Shown here: positions 19,809 to 32,606 of the stretch, one piece after another
Layout: every line of letters begins with the position of its first letter
Position numbering within the stretch: the first letter of the stretch is position 1
Assembly (NCBI GenBank): GCA_963696385.1
Contig: CAVOKF010000004.1
Span: 928,001-992,000, forward strand
Length of the DNA stretch: 64,000 nt
Reading direction: 5' to 3'
Origin: an uncultured delta proteobacterium
Lineage (GTDB): Bacteria; Myxococcota_A; Polyangia; Polyangiales; Polyangiaceae
The notes under the pieces: model-generated
What the model was told of the DNA's origin: nothing
Databases searched by the model: none
The model's input: only the letters and a program-made list of their open reading frames with translations
Made by a program: the position numbers and the translations under genes

Positions 19809-21262
19809 TTGACGAGCGGAGTGATGTTGAGCTGCTGAATGGCAGTACGGATAAAGCCCACGTTGATGGCAGCCCCCTGTGCGTTGGTGTGAGTTGCGTC
19901 GGCGCCAGGACCGGGACCGCCGGCGTGATACGCCTGCCAGCCGTTGGGGCCCACCTGCTCGAGCCAGGCCGAAGTGGAAGCTGTAAGGTCGATAAGCGGT
20001 ACGTTCATTTGTTGGGCGATCATCCGGGTGATCTCGGGGATGTTGGCGCCCGCACTGCTTATAAACTGCGGCTGCAGAGTCGTCCCCGTGAACGTCGCGC
20101 GCGCGATCGGTGTCAGGAGCACAGGATTGGCCTTTGCCGCGAGGGTGTCCGTCACGTATTTTGTCATGTTCGCCTGGAAATCCGCGGCGGATATCGTCTT
20201 GTCGTTGTGGCCAAACTCGATGAAAATGAAGTCGTTTGGCTTTACGACTTTCATGATCGCCGGCCAGAGGCCTTCGTTGCCCACAAAGCTCGCAGAGCTC
20301 TCGCCGGAGTCCGCGTAGTTGGACACCGACACGCCCAGGTGAAAAATTTGCGGCAGAACCTGGCCGTAACCGGCAAAATCCGGATACCCGTACTGGTCGC
20401 ACACGGTCGAATCGCCCGCCACGTAAAGGACGATGTCCGACGCGGCCGCGGGAGCAAAGCCAATCGAAGTGATGACCGGTGCCGGACCATTGAACAAGAG
20501 ATCGAGGCCTTGCTCGCCATACTGCGGCGAGCCGGCCGCCAGATTATGCTGGAAATCTTCCTGCGGCTCCCCCTCCGGCCAGCGGACGTTGATCGAAAAT
20601 GCGTAACGTTTCGTTTGGCCCGCCGTGGTGTCTTCCTCGGGCACGATGGGGCGATGCATTTCGGCCTCCACGGAGGTCTGTCCAGCGTTAGGGCCTCCTA
20701 ACTCGAAAGTCACATCATAGTTGCCCACGGCTCCCGCCGGGCTGCTGCCCGCGGAACAAGAGCTAAATTCCATACCCGAGCACTGCACGCCAAAGAAGCA
20801 GTGAATCGGTGAAGTCCCAGTGCAATAGGACAAATTGGCTGCACTTGGCGTCGGCCCCCCGGTGAGGTCCGTCCCACTGGGGGCAAGGACGATCGAGCCA
20901 TCGTCCGCGCCCCCCCCGACGACTGGCGCGGTGGCATCCGTGATTCCGCCAACGCCCAGATTGTTATCGGTATTCGCGGCATCCGTGTCGAGGCCCTCTA
21001 CCGCCGTCTGACCTGAGGACGACGAACTCGTGCTGGCTCCAATCGGCGTCGTCGCGGGTTGGCTGCTGACCGTGGACCCAGCGGAACCAGCCGAGCTCGA
21101 AGCAAGCGATGCCGCGGTCCCCCCAGACTGCGAGCTCGCGGCTTCGCTGGTTGCCTTTGGCTCCGATGAGGAACACCCTCCGAGGGAGATCGCAAGCCAG
21201 GTCTGCAAGGACGCACTGGCCGCCAGGAGCACGGAGCGACGGACACGATTCGCATGAAACAT
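19796..21262 (-). CDS. Lipoprotein rhamnogalacturonan acetylesterase-like SGNH hydrolase (CE12)
   Basis: Lipobox LGGC, Ser/Thr linker, AGDSTV, IEFGHND, DATHTN. Confidence 0.85.
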   Translation of the reverse strand: MFHANRVRRSVLLAASASLQTWLAISLGGCSSSEPKATSEAASSQSGGTAASLASSSAGSAGSTVSSQPATTPIGASTSSSSSGQTAVEGLDTDAANTDNNLGVGGITDATAPVVGGGADDGSIVLAPSGTDLTGGPTPSAANLSYCTGTSPIHCFFGVQCSGMEFSSCSAGSSPAGAVGNYDVTFELGGPNAGQTSVEAEMHRPIVPEEDTTAGQTKRYAFSINVRWPEGEPQEDFQHNLAAGSPQYGEQGLDLLFNGPAPVITSIGFAPAAASDIVLYVAGDSTVCDQYGYPDFAGYGQVLPQIFHLGVSVSNYADSGESSASFVGNEGLWPAIMKVVKPNDFIFIEFGHNDKTISAADFQANMTKYVTDTLAAKANPVLLTPIARATFTGTTLQPQFISSAGANIPEITRMIAQQMNVPLIDLTASTSAWLEQVGPNGWQAYHAGGPGPGADATHTNAQGAAINVGFIRTAIQQLNITPLVNYLR

Positions 21263-21805
21263 ACCGAACCTCGTTCTGCGGGCGTTCCGCAAACAACAAC
21301 CCTGGCAACGGCCGAGTCGCCGTCCGGTATCCGGTGGCCCTTGGAATAGCTCACGCAACCGCGTGGGCACGACGCGAAACATGCGCTTCCTCGACCGTCG
21401 AACCGCATTCACGGAAAAAAACAATGGTGCGGCTCGGCGGCAGTCCGGCCCGGCGTTGCCGTCGACCTGCTGCGCACGAAACGTTGTGCTGCAGGTCAAC
21501 GGACCGTTCGATAGGCGTTGCCGTGTCGCCGGAGTGAGTGTGGTCACGACGATGGACGGGAATTCGGTCGAGAAGATGGCAGCGGCCGTGGCAGTCCCAC
21601 GCCGCAACGACATCCAGCCCGGCGAGCGGTTTTTGCCGACGCCTCGGAGATCGAGCTGGGTGGCGTGCTCACACATGGTCGCCCTCGAAACGATCGAGTC
21701 CGCCGGCGATCACGATCTTTTCGCGTTCACGTGGCAAGCCGAGACATGCTCGATTTGACGGATTCCTTATGCGGTCATGCCTACGCTTCTCGCTTGGAGG
21801 TACTC

Positions 21806-22171
21806 ATGAATTGCATCAATCGCAGAGGAGGCGTATCGCGGATCGTGTCGTGGGCCGTAGCCCTCGGGCTGGCTGCCGGCTCAGCCGGTTGCATGGACAA
21901 TTCCGTGGGAGTCCAGAGCGCGGCCACCGAGACGGCGAAGCTCGATCGGCATTTCGTCCGCGAGGGCCGCGAGCTCAGCGAACTCCGTGTTACCGCGGCC
22001 ACGGCCGCCGAGCCGGCCAACTCCAATCGGCATTTCCGCCGCGAGGGCCGCGAGCTCCATGTCAGTGCGGCCCCCGAGACGGCGAAGCCCGATGGGGCCC
22101 AGCGATCGGAATCTGAGAACCGCGGCACGCTCGAGGTCAGCTCGACGGTTGAAGCACACGACGGCCGGTGA
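21806..22171 (+). CDS. Small lipoprotein with internal RHFxREGREL repeats
   Basis: SD GGAGG, lipobox SAGC, repeated 30-bp units. Confidence 0.6.
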   Translation: MNCINRRGGVSRIVSWAVALGLAAGSAGCMDNSVGVQSAATETAKLDRHFVREGRELSELRVTAATAAEPANSNRHFRREGRELHVSAAPETAKPDGAQRSESENRGTLEVSSTVEAHDGR

Positions 22172-22344
22172 GGGGTCGACGACCACGTTCTTGTCCATCC
22201 GTTGGGCCGCACGCCGCGGGCGCGGTCGAGGGGAACCGGCACCTCGTGCCGTGGGTCGAGATCCGGCGGACGAGACCTCGAAGGGGGGCAGCGTCGAGCA
22301 ATCGAGACGATTCCATCGATACCCGGCAGAACGCCTCGCGACGA

Positions 22345-24630
<2,286 letters not shown>

Positions 24631-25172
24631 TTGCCTTAAACCCCCCGGCGCTCCCTTGCGTGCAAACCGATCCATCGATGCCACCCGTCCTCTCGCCACC
24701 GACCGTTCGGCGCCGAACCTCACAAAGTGGGGGTACACCAACCCCGGAAGAACTCCATTGCGAACGATTGCATGCTCGGGGCTCGCCCCTGTCGCCATGG
24801 GCGCTCGGGGCCCGGCGGCGGCGGACGAGCGAGGCCGTTGTGCACGCGGGCCTTGAGCGTTTGCATCGTCGTCAAAGTCCAATCCTCCTTGGTCTCCGCG
24901 GCGGGCTGACCATCAGCTCGGCGGCGCCGCGTGGCGGCTGCGAAGGATGCCTTGCCGCGCATGGTGATCGTCCCGTCTGCCGCCCAGGACCGGTCGATCT
25001 TTGCGCTCGATGCGTCAGCGCACCACCGGCGCCTCGCGTGCCTTTTCGCGACCTTCGAAGGTCGTCGGCACCGCTACGGTCACTTGGGGACGCGCGTCCC
25101 TCAAGAACCCCGGCGACGACCCGGTCGGCGTAGCTTTTCTGGACGAAGCGGTCCGCTGATAGTCTCCTTGCG

Positions 25173-25766
25173 GTGCGCGAATACTACGACGCCCGAGCGG
25201 ACCAGTACGATGACTGGTGGCTCGGCAAAGGACTGTTCGCGGAGCGCCTACGCCCAGGCTGGTTCGAGGAAGTCCTCGGGTTGGCAGGAGTGCTCTCGGC
25301 GCTCCCGGCGGCGCGCACCCTCGACCTCGCGTGCGGCACGGGGTTCCTGACTCGGTTTCTGCATGGCGAGGTCGTCGGAATCGACCAGTCCGCCGCGATG
25401 CTTCGAATTGCCAAGGCGCGGGCGCCCAACGCGAAGTTTATCCAGGGAGACGCATTCGAGCTGCCGTTCTCGGTGGCCTCATTCGACCGCGTGGTCGCGG
25501 GTCACTTCTACGGCCATCTCGAAGAAGTGCAGCGCGCTCGTTTTCTATCCGAAGTCCGCCGCGTGGCACGCGAGTTCGTGATCGTCGATGCAGCTCTTCG
25601 TGACGACGTCGAGGCCGCTGAGTGGCAGGAGAGGGTACTGAACAACGGCTCTCGCTGGCGCGTTTACAAGAGGTATTTCGCACCTGCTGCGCTGGTGTCC
25701 GAGGTCGGCGAAGGCGATATCCTGTTTGCGGGCCGTTGGTTCGTGGTCGTTCGTTCGCGCTGGTAA
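25173..25766 (+). CDS. Class I SAM methyltransferase
   Basis: YYDARADQYDDW, LDLACGTG, GDAFELPF. Confidence 0.85.
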   Translation: MREYYDARADQYDDWWLGKGLFAERLRPGWFEEVLGLAGVLSALPAARTLDLACGTGFLTRFLHGEVVGIDQSAAMLRIAKARAPNAKFIQGDAFELPFSVASFDRVVAGHFYGHLEEVQRARFLSEVRRVAREFVIVDAALRDDVEAAEWQERVLNNGSRWRVYKRYFAPAALVSEVGEGDILFAGRWFVVVRSRW

Positions 25767-26339
25767 TCCATTCATGCGGGCGCGGTTGATTCAACCGAGC
25801 TTGGCGTCTCGGCTTGTTCCGGCACGGACCGCGCGCTGCCGGTCGGTCCCGGGTTACACGGCCAGAGACGGGCGAAATTGCCGGTAATCGGAAAGGATCG
25901 TCAGACTGCGAACCCGACCACGAGCGTGTTGCGCCAGCCCCGTTCGAAGGTCTGGGCGGCTTGATGAGCAGCGTGATGAGGATGCACCCTGCGGTGAAGG
26001 CGTGCACGGTGACGGCGCTCGCGTTCTTGCCTGACGCTCTACGGGGGTGGCAGTCGGCCCGATCCCCACCCGACAACGGCGTGTACTACGACGGCAATGC
26101 CTTGCACGGGAGATCGGTGAACGCCTCGAGGCGGGCCTCGCAACGGGCGCTCCCGTCCGCATCTTTCCATCCAAACATTTCGGAGAAATTCTCGACCTTC
26201 AGGGAATCCTCGCGGCTGCGGGGAGCCTCCTCGAGTGGGAACGCAAGCCGTAGTGCGGTCCGCCGCAACGTCGAACATTGGCCCGACGCGTGGAACCGAT
26301 CGCGCTTCGGGCGTAAGCTCGCGCGTGGATGGAGTGACC

Positions 26340-27155
26340 GTGACCGACGCCCACGATCCGTTTGCGCAGTTCAAGGCCATGCAGCGGGAGGGCTGGAACC
26401 TCTTTCTGCCGCTTGAGCAGTTCACGATGATCCCGGCGGGCAAGCTCGTCGCCTTCGCCAAGGTGGTGCCCGGACAGGCCGTGCTCGACGTGGCGTGCGG
26501 CACGGGCGTCGTCGCGATCACGGCTGCGCGCGCGGGAGCGAGGGTGCACGCGCTCGACCTGTCACCCGCCCTGCTGGATCGCGCGAGAGAAAACGCGCGC
26601 GTCACAGGCGTCGAGGTCGACTTCGTGGCGGGCGACGCGGAGGCGCTCCCATACCCCGACGCCGCATTCGACGTCGTGCTCAGCCAGTTCGGGCACATGT
26701 TCGCGCCGCGGCCGGAGGTCGCGGTCGCCGAGATGATGCGCGTGCTCAAGCCGGGCGGGCGCGTCGCGTTCGCGACCTGGCCTCCGGATCACTTCACTGG
26801 CCGTATGTTCGCCCTCCTCGGCCAATACGTGCCACCCCCGCCTGCCGGCGCGCCTTCGCCCGCGCCGCCGCCGCAGTGGGGTGATCCGAACGTGGTGCGC
26901 GAGCGCCTCGGCGCGCGGGTGAATGACCTGGTCTTTGAGCGCGACATACTCGTCGCCCCGACGCTCGGCCCGAGCTACTCGCGCCAATTCATGGAGGCGA
27001 CGCTCGGCCCGCTGGCGAAGCTCGTGTCCGCCCTCCAAGGCGACCCGCTCCGGCTGGCGCAGCTGCGCGCGGAGCTCGAGCGGCTCTTCACCGAGATCAT
27101 CCACGGCAACGAGCAGCGCCAGCATTTTCTGATGTCGCGCGCGACGAAGGTCTGA
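26340..27155 (+). CDS. Class I SAM methyltransferase (UbiE-like)
   Basis: VLDVACGTG, GDAEALPYPDAAFDVVLSQFGHMFAP, RVLKPGG. Confidence 0.9.
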   Translation: MTDAHDPFAQFKAMQREGWNLFLPLEQFTMIPAGKLVAFAKVVPGQAVLDVACGTGVVAITAARAGARVHALDLSPALLDRARENARVTGVEVDFVAGDAEALPYPDAAFDVVLSQFGHMFAPRPEVAVAEMMRVLKPGGRVAFATWPPDHFTGRMFALLGQYVPPPPAGAPSPAPPPQWGDPNVVRERLGARVNDLVFERDILVAPTLGPSYSRQFMEATLGPLAKLVSALQGDPLRLAQLRAELERLFTEIIHGNEQRQHFLMSRATKV

Positions 27156-27165
27156 GCGCAGCTCC

Positions 27166-27519
27166 TTGCCCCCGCCCATCGCATGTCAGCTTGGGGTCTT
27201 CGACGAGAGCGAGCTCGGTCGCTATCGTATGAGCCGCTCGAAAGTCGAAGGCTACGTGGTGCGCATCGAGGAACTGCCGGACGGTGCGCGCATCGTTCTG
27301 CCAGGCAACGACGAGATGCTCGCACTTGTCACTGAGTGGATTGCCCTTGAACGGCGCTGTTGTCCGTTCCTCTCGTTTACTATTTCGGTCAGTGGCGCAG
27401 ATACCGAGATGGGCGTGGCCATCACCGGCGACGAGGAAGTGAAGCGGTTTTTGGACGGTGAGTTCGCGAGTGGTTCTCGCAAGCCGCGGGAGCTCGTCTC
27501 GCTTCGTCGCCGAAAATAA
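27166..27519 (+). CDS. Small hypothetical protein with ERRCCPFLSF motif
   Basis: PIACQL and WIALERRCCPFL; possibly metal-binding; start uncertain. Confidence 0.6.
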   Translation: MPPPIACQLGVFDESELGRYRMSRSKVEGYVVRIEELPDGARIVLPGNDEMLALVTEWIALERRCCPFLSFTISVSGADTEMGVAITGDEEVKRFLDGEFASGSRKPRELVSLRRRK

Positions 27520-27557
27520 GTGCGACACGGACCGATCTCGACCACCCTTCTTGGACC

Positions 27558-28367
27558 GTGCCGACCGCCGAGGATCTCGCGCTCCAATACGACGAAATGG
27601 AGGCACGTCTCACCGCGCCCGTGAGCGAGCGCATGCTGGATCTGGCCGGCGTTCGCGAGGGAATGCGCGTGCTCGATCTGGCGTCGGGGCGCGGAGAGCC
27701 GGCGCTGCGTGCGGCGCGGCGCGTGGGACCGACGGGACACGTCCTCGGCGTCGACCTCCAGGACGCCCTTCTCGAGGTCGCGCGCGTTCGGGCGAAGCAG
27801 GGCGGCCTCGCGAACGTCGAGCTCCGGGTGACGGACGCAGAGGAGGTCGACGAGGTGGCGCGCGGCTTCGACGTCGCGATGTCGCGTTGGGGGCTCATGT
27901 ACATGGCGTCGCCCGTGCGCGCGCTTTCGGCGGTGCGGCGCGCGCTGGTGCCGGGGGGCTGCCTGGTCGTTGCGCTGTGGATCGATCCCGAGCGCGCGTC
28001 ATGGTGGAGCGTGCCGCGCCGCGCGACGAGCCGCTTCGCCGAGCTCCCGCCCGTGAGCCCCGAGGGACCGAGCCCCTTCCGCTACGCGGCGCACGCGACG
28101 ATCGCGCGAGATTTCTGCGACGCCGGCTTCGCGATCACGCAGACGGAGGAGCGCGAAATCCAGGTCGTCGAGGCGGAGGACGGCGCCGGCATCGTCGCGT
28201 GGGTGCGCGCGGTCCTCGGGCGCTGGGCGGCGCTCGTGCCGGAGAGCGCGCGCGGCGCGTGGGAGGCCGAGGTCGCGCGCGAGGCCGAAGCACACCGCGA
28301 CGGCGCGATGCTCCGTCTCGGCGGCGTGACGCGCATCGTCGTCGCGCGCGCGGCTGAGGTTTGCTGA
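27558..28367 (+). CDS. Class I SAM methyltransferase
   Basis: RVLDLASGRG, FDVAMSRWGLMY, LVPGG. Confidence 0.85.
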   Translation: MPTAEDLALQYDEMEARLTAPVSERMLDLAGVREGMRVLDLASGRGEPALRAARRVGPTGHVLGVDLQDALLEVARVRAKQGGLANVELRVTDAEEVDEVARGFDVAMSRWGLMYMASPVRALSAVRRALVPGGCLVVALWIDPERASWWSVPRRATSRFAELPPVSPEGPSPFRYAAHATIARDFCDAGFAITQTEEREIQVVEAEDGAGIVAWVRAVLGRWAALVPESARGAWEAEVAREAEAHRDGAMLRLGGVTRIVVARAAEVC

Positions 28368-28369
28368 GG

Positions 28370-28560
28370 GTGGCTGACGAGATGGAGGAGGTGGCTCATC
28401 ACCGAAGGCTCGGATGCGTTCAACGTCATGTTTCCCTCCCTGCGGAGGGCCTCGACGACTTCGTCCAGAAGGTGGTTGCCGAGCTCCAGCGCCGGAGATC
28501 TTCCGCCGCGAGTACGTAGAAACGACGCTCCGGGAGAGCCTGCGGCTCGAGCCCCAAGAA
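28370..28560 (+). pseudogene. C-terminal remnant of an NtaA/DmoA-type flavin monooxygenase
   Basis: Across frames: WLITEGSDAFNVMFP / EGLDDFVQKVVAELQRR / IFRREYVETTLRESL. Confidence 0.65.
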
Positions 28561-28814
28561 TCGTTGGCTTTGATTCCACCGGAGGGTTCGGGGACGCCTT
28601 TCGGACGACGCTCAGCAGCCGGCCCCCCGCGCGACTGCTCCCCGCAGTCGTGCCGCAGGCTCCAGGCGGGCGCGTCTTCGCTCGCCGCATCCGCGGGCGC
28701 CGCGGCCGCGCCGCGATCGGCGGTGGCGTCCAACCCCGACCCACTCCTTCAGGCGCGGCTTTGCGGGAATATCCCGTCGGCCCCACTGGCTTGATGGCTC
28801 GGGGGTACGTGCTG

Positions 28815-29780
28815 ATGCTTCCGTATGTCCACGTGGCGGACCTGAACTTCTTCGGCCTCCACCTTCACCCGTTCGGGCTCCTCGTCGTTGCCGCGATCAC
28901 GACGGGCATGGCGCTCGCTCGCTGGCGCGCGCGGCGGCACGGCTATGACCTTCAGAAGCTCGAGGCGTTCATCGGGTGGACGCTCTTCGTCGGGTTCATC
29001 TCGGCGCACGTGCTCGACATGCTGCTCTATCACCCGGACCGCGTGCTCACGCACCCCTGGTCGCTTCTCTTCATCTGGGAGGGGATCGGATCGTTCAGCG
29101 GGTTCGTGGGCGCGCTGGCCGGGGCGGTGATGTGGCGCCACTTCGACTGGCAGTCACGTGTGGTTGGACCGTGGACGATCGCGCGGCTCCGTCTCGGCCC
29201 GTACACGCTCTCGCGGCTCGTGCGGCGACGGGCCTCTTTGCCGATCCTTCCGTTCGCGGACCTCATCCTCTCCGTCTTTCCGATCGCGTGGATCTTCGGG
29301 CGCGCGGGGTGCTCGATCGCCCATGACCACCCGGGCGGGCTGGCGCATGACGGCGCGGCGCTAGCGGTCGGGTTCCCGTCGTCCAATCCATCCGTGGTGG
29401 ACGGCCCGGGCGCGCACCAGACCCTGGGACCGCTCACGATCATCCACGGCCACTTCGCACGCTATGACCTCGGAACGCTCGAACTCCTGTTCACGATCGG
29501 ACTCGCGCTGGTGTTCGTCGGGCTATGGCGCCGGCGACACGTGACCGGAACGTACGTGGTGATCGTCAGCCTCTTGTACGCGCCAGCCCGCTTCGCCATG
29601 GACTTTCTCCGTATCACAGACACCCCGGACGCCGATCCGCGCTACCGCTCGCTCACCCCCGCGCAGTGGCTGTGCATCGCGCTGTTCGTGACGGGCCTCT
29701 TCCTCGTCCGGCACATCGTCCGTTCGAAGCGAAGCGGCATCGAGCCCGCCATCGCGGTTCTGGCCACCCCGACGGACTGA
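28815..29780 (+). CDS. lgt: Prolipoprotein diacylglyceryl transferase family protein
   Basis: LHPFGLLV, GIGSFSGFVG, IFGRAGC, RFAMDFLR, LTPAQWL. Confidence 0.8.
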   Translation: MLPYVHVADLNFFGLHLHPFGLLVVAAITTGMALARWRARRHGYDLQKLEAFIGWTLFVGFISAHVLDMLLYHPDRVLTHPWSLLFIWEGIGSFSGFVGALAGAVMWRHFDWQSRVVGPWTIARLRLGPYTLSRLVRRRASLPILPFADLILSVFPIAWIFGRAGCSIAHDHPGGLAHDGAALAVGFPSSNPSVVDGPGAHQTLGPLTIIHGHFARYDLGTLELLFTIGLALVFVGLWRRRHVTGTYVVIVSLLYAPARFAMDFLRITDTPDADPRYRSLTPAQWLCIALFVTGLFLVRHIVRSKRSGIEPAIAVLATPTD

Positions 29781-29831
29781 TAACGCGTCTTGACAGAGGG
29801 GCGACGACGCGGGTGAAATGCACGGAAATCG

Positions 29832-30578
29832 ATGGTGGGGGGCACCGGATCGCTGCGCCATCGACCCGCGCGCTGTGCGTTGCACGATCTCGCATGCGGG
29901 CCCGATGGAGCATGCGTGCTGTGCCGGCGATCGGCGTTGTCCGGGGCGGGCGTCGGCGCGGGTGGGCGTCAGGTGGCCGTGTGGCTTGCGGGCTTTGGCG
30001 TCTTGGTGGCCGCAGCCGTCGCGTACCGATTGGTGCCCCGAGCCCCGGCGCTCTCCGAAGGAGGCGTCGCGGCCGCGGGATCGCTCTTGCCGGAGAGCGC
30101 CACCGACGCAGCGCGCGGTGGGTTCGCTGGCCCGCTTTCCTCGACGCGCCCCGCCATCGATCCCGCGCACGCCGAGCAGCTCCGGGCTCTTCAAGCGCTT
30201 GGCCGTTCGAGCGATCCGCCGCGGATGGCTGCCCTTGTGGCGAGGGCCTCCTCGGCGCCGCCCCCCGCCGCGATCGAGCATCGACCCGCCATGAACGAGC
30301 TTCCCGTCCCCCACGTGCACGTCCTCGTCTACACGACGAGCTGGTGCCCCGTGTGCAAGAAAGCGAAGCGATGGATGGCTTCGTCCGGCGTCCCGTACGA
30401 AGAACGCGACGTCGAGGCTTCGTCGGCCGACGCGCGGCAAATGCGCCAAATCAACCCGCGCGGCAGCGTGCCAACCTTCGATGTCGATGGAGAAGTGCTC
30501 GTCGGATTCAGCCCCGACGGCCTGATCGCCACCATGAAACGCGCCGCAGCACACCAGGAGCTGCGGCAGCCATGGTGA
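29832..30578 (+). CDS. Membrane-anchored glutaredoxin (NrdH-like) domain protein
   Basis: YTTSWCPVCKKAK, GSVPTF, VGFSP; start uncertain. Confidence 0.75.
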   Translation: MVGGTGSLRHRPARCALHDLACGPDGACVLCRRSALSGAGVGAGGRQVAVWLAGFGVLVAAAVAYRLVPRAPALSEGGVAAAGSLLPESATDAARGGFAGPLSSTRPAIDPAHAEQLRALQALGRSSDPPRMAALVARASSAPPPAAIEHRPAMNELPVPHVHVLVYTTSWCPVCKKAKRWMASSGVPYEERDVEASSADARQMRQINPRGSVPTFDVDGEVLVGFSPDGLIATMKRAAAHQELRQPW

Positions 30579-30669
30579 CGTGATCGGAATCCGCAAAAAA
30601 GTGGTGGATGCGAATAGGTGAAACAAAGCCTGGCGGACGACGAAGAGCCGCGGAAACCACCGCGGTCCC

Positions 30670-31010
30670 ATGTGCGAAGGTCGGTGACCTACAGGCGAAC
30701 GTGATTTCAGCCGATGATTTGGAGAAGTCCCGTTTCACGTTCGCGTCGTATGGGTCCCGGACGATCAATCTACTGAAGGCGCACGGGGCGTGGGGAGATG
30801 CAGTTCCTGCGCCGCAGCCTCCTTGCGGGCGCGTTCAAGTTCGATGATCGGCGCGAACAGGTTCTCTCGCGGCGATTTCTAGAGCAGTTCCGCTCGAACA
30901 TCAACTGGGTGACGAAGCTCGTCTGCATCGGATACAGTTTCGGGGATATCCATATCAACAGCGTTGTCCTAGGGTGGCTCGAAGTGGCTACAGAGCGGCG
31001 CCTGTTCGCG
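30670..31010 (+). pseudogene. SIR2-like (SIR2_2) domain remnant
   Basis: INLLKAHG and LVCIGYSFGDIHIN motifs in two frames; no N-terminus. Confidence 0.65.
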
Positions 31011-31328
31011 AGATGACTCGCGGATGAAGTAGTCAGAGAAGTCTGCGGGGCCGGCATCGAACGCGTCGATGGCTCGCCGAACAATCGCGTCGTGCTCGAC
31101 GGTTACCCCCGTGGAACCGACCAATCTGCGGAGCGCCGCGGCGATCGCGGACCGCTCTTGTTTGCAGGCGACCCGCAAGACCCATACGACCTCTACCAGG
31201 ACGGTCGCCGAGAAGAACGCGCCACCTTCGTCGACGGCCCGTCGGAAGGCGCGCTCAGCCCGCTCGCATTGAGCCGGATCGTCCTCGACGACCAAGCGAA
31301 CGACAACGTTCGTGTCGAAGGATTTCAA
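30969..31328 (-). CDS. vapC: VapC/PIN-domain toxin, C-terminus probably truncated
   Basis: FDTNVVVR, VLVEVVWVL, ADFSDYFI; the final TFD motif is missing. Confidence 0.75.
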   Translation of the reverse strand: MKSFDTNVVVRLVVEDDPAQCERAERAFRRAVDEGGAFFSATVLVEVVWVLRVACKQERSAIAAALRRLVGSTGVTVEHDAIVRRAIDAFDAGPADFSDYFIRESSREQAPLCSHFEPP

Positions 31329-31570
31329 CGTGACAGCGCCCCTGAGGCAATGGCGCGCTCGATGTCCTCCGCAAATAGTGGACCAACGCCCGGCGGCAAC
31401 TTGATGCGCGAGCCCAGAAGCTCGTCGACGGTCAACCGGCGCTCGGACACGACGGTAGGCGATTCATCGAGCGCGATGAGCTCGACGTGTTTGCCGAGAA
31501 GCGGGCGCAGCGCGGGGATCGCCTGAACGACCGTTTCGTCAATCGTAGTGTCTACCCTGATGGCGTTCAT
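31325..31570 (-). CDS. Putative antitoxin for the adjacent VapC
   Basis: 81 aa with a 4-bp overlap onto the toxin start; ends EDIERAIASGA. Confidence 0.6.
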   Translation of the reverse strand: MNAIRVDTTIDETVVQAIPALRPLLGKHVELIALDESPTVVSERRLTVDELLGSRIKLPPGVGPLFAEDIERAIASGALSR

Positions 31571-31619
31571 CGTGGCTTCATGATGCCCCCCTTTCCACCT
31601 TTCGCCCACCTGTGTTGGC

Positions 31620-32447
31620 TACTTTCCTCCTCCGCCGCGGCAGGCGGTCGCGGAGCTCGTCTCGGGGATCCGAGCGGCGCTCTTCCCGTGGCACTCCGGC
31701 ACGTCGGACCTATCGGGCGAAGGGCTGGTCTATTACGTCGGCCGCACGCTCGACGCGTCGCTCGCCGTGCTCGAACAGCAGGTCCGGGTGGGCCTGCTGT
31801 TCGAGGGCCAGCACGGCGAAACCGTCAATGCTGCGGACGCCTCGCGCGCGACGGCAATCGTGCACGCGTTCGCGTCCCGGCTTCCCGCGTTGCGGGAGAT
31901 CCTCGAGAGCGACGCGCGCGCCGCTTACGAAGGGGACCCGGCCGCCACGAGCGCGGACGAGACGAATTTCTCGTACGCGGGGATGACGGCCATCACCTAC
32001 CACAGGCTCGCCCACGAGCTTCAGCGGCTCGGAGTCCCGCTCATTCCGCGCATGATCTCGGAGCTCGCCCACTCCGTCACCGGCATCGACATCCATCCGG
32101 GAGCCATGATCGGTCCGCGGTTTTTCATCGACCACGGGACCGGCGTCGTGATCGGCGAGACCTGCATCATCGGCGAGCGCGTGCGCCTCTACCAGGGCGT
32201 CACTCTGGGAGCCAAAAGCTTCCCGACCGACGACCATGGGCACCCCGTCAAGGGGATCCCGCGCCACCCCATCGTCGAAGACGACGTCATCATCTACGCC
32301 GGAGCGACGGTCCTGGGTCGGATCACGGTCGGACGTGGATCGAGCGTCGGGGGCAACGTCTGGCTCACCCATAGCATCGCGCCGGGCACGCACGTGAGCC
32401 AAGCCCAGCTCCGTCATGAGGTCTTCAACGACGGGGCCGGAATCTAG
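31620..32447 (+). pseudogene. Serine O-acetyltransferase (EpsC/CysE type), 5' truncated
   Basis: GDPAA, TGIDIHPGA, IDHGTGVVIGET, YQGVTLG, RHPIVED; homology runs upstream of GTG 31767 with no start codon before the stop at 31581. Confidence 0.75.
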
Positions 32448-32606
32448 CGAGCTCGCCTCGAGCCCGCGCGAGGCCCTCCCCTTTCCCGCCTGCCTTGCGC
32501 CTGGAGTGTCGACGGCGGCGGCTGCCTGGCCCGTACGTTTGAGCCAAAAGGCATGCAGGGCACCCGCGGCGAGCGCGCGAGCCCGCGACGTAGACAGCAC
32601 GTGGCC

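Noticed and set aside
25767..26330. ~560-bp intergenic stretch as an ncRNA or gene
   Set aside because: No recognisable motif, structure or convincing ORF by eye; an Rfam or BLASTx search would be needed.
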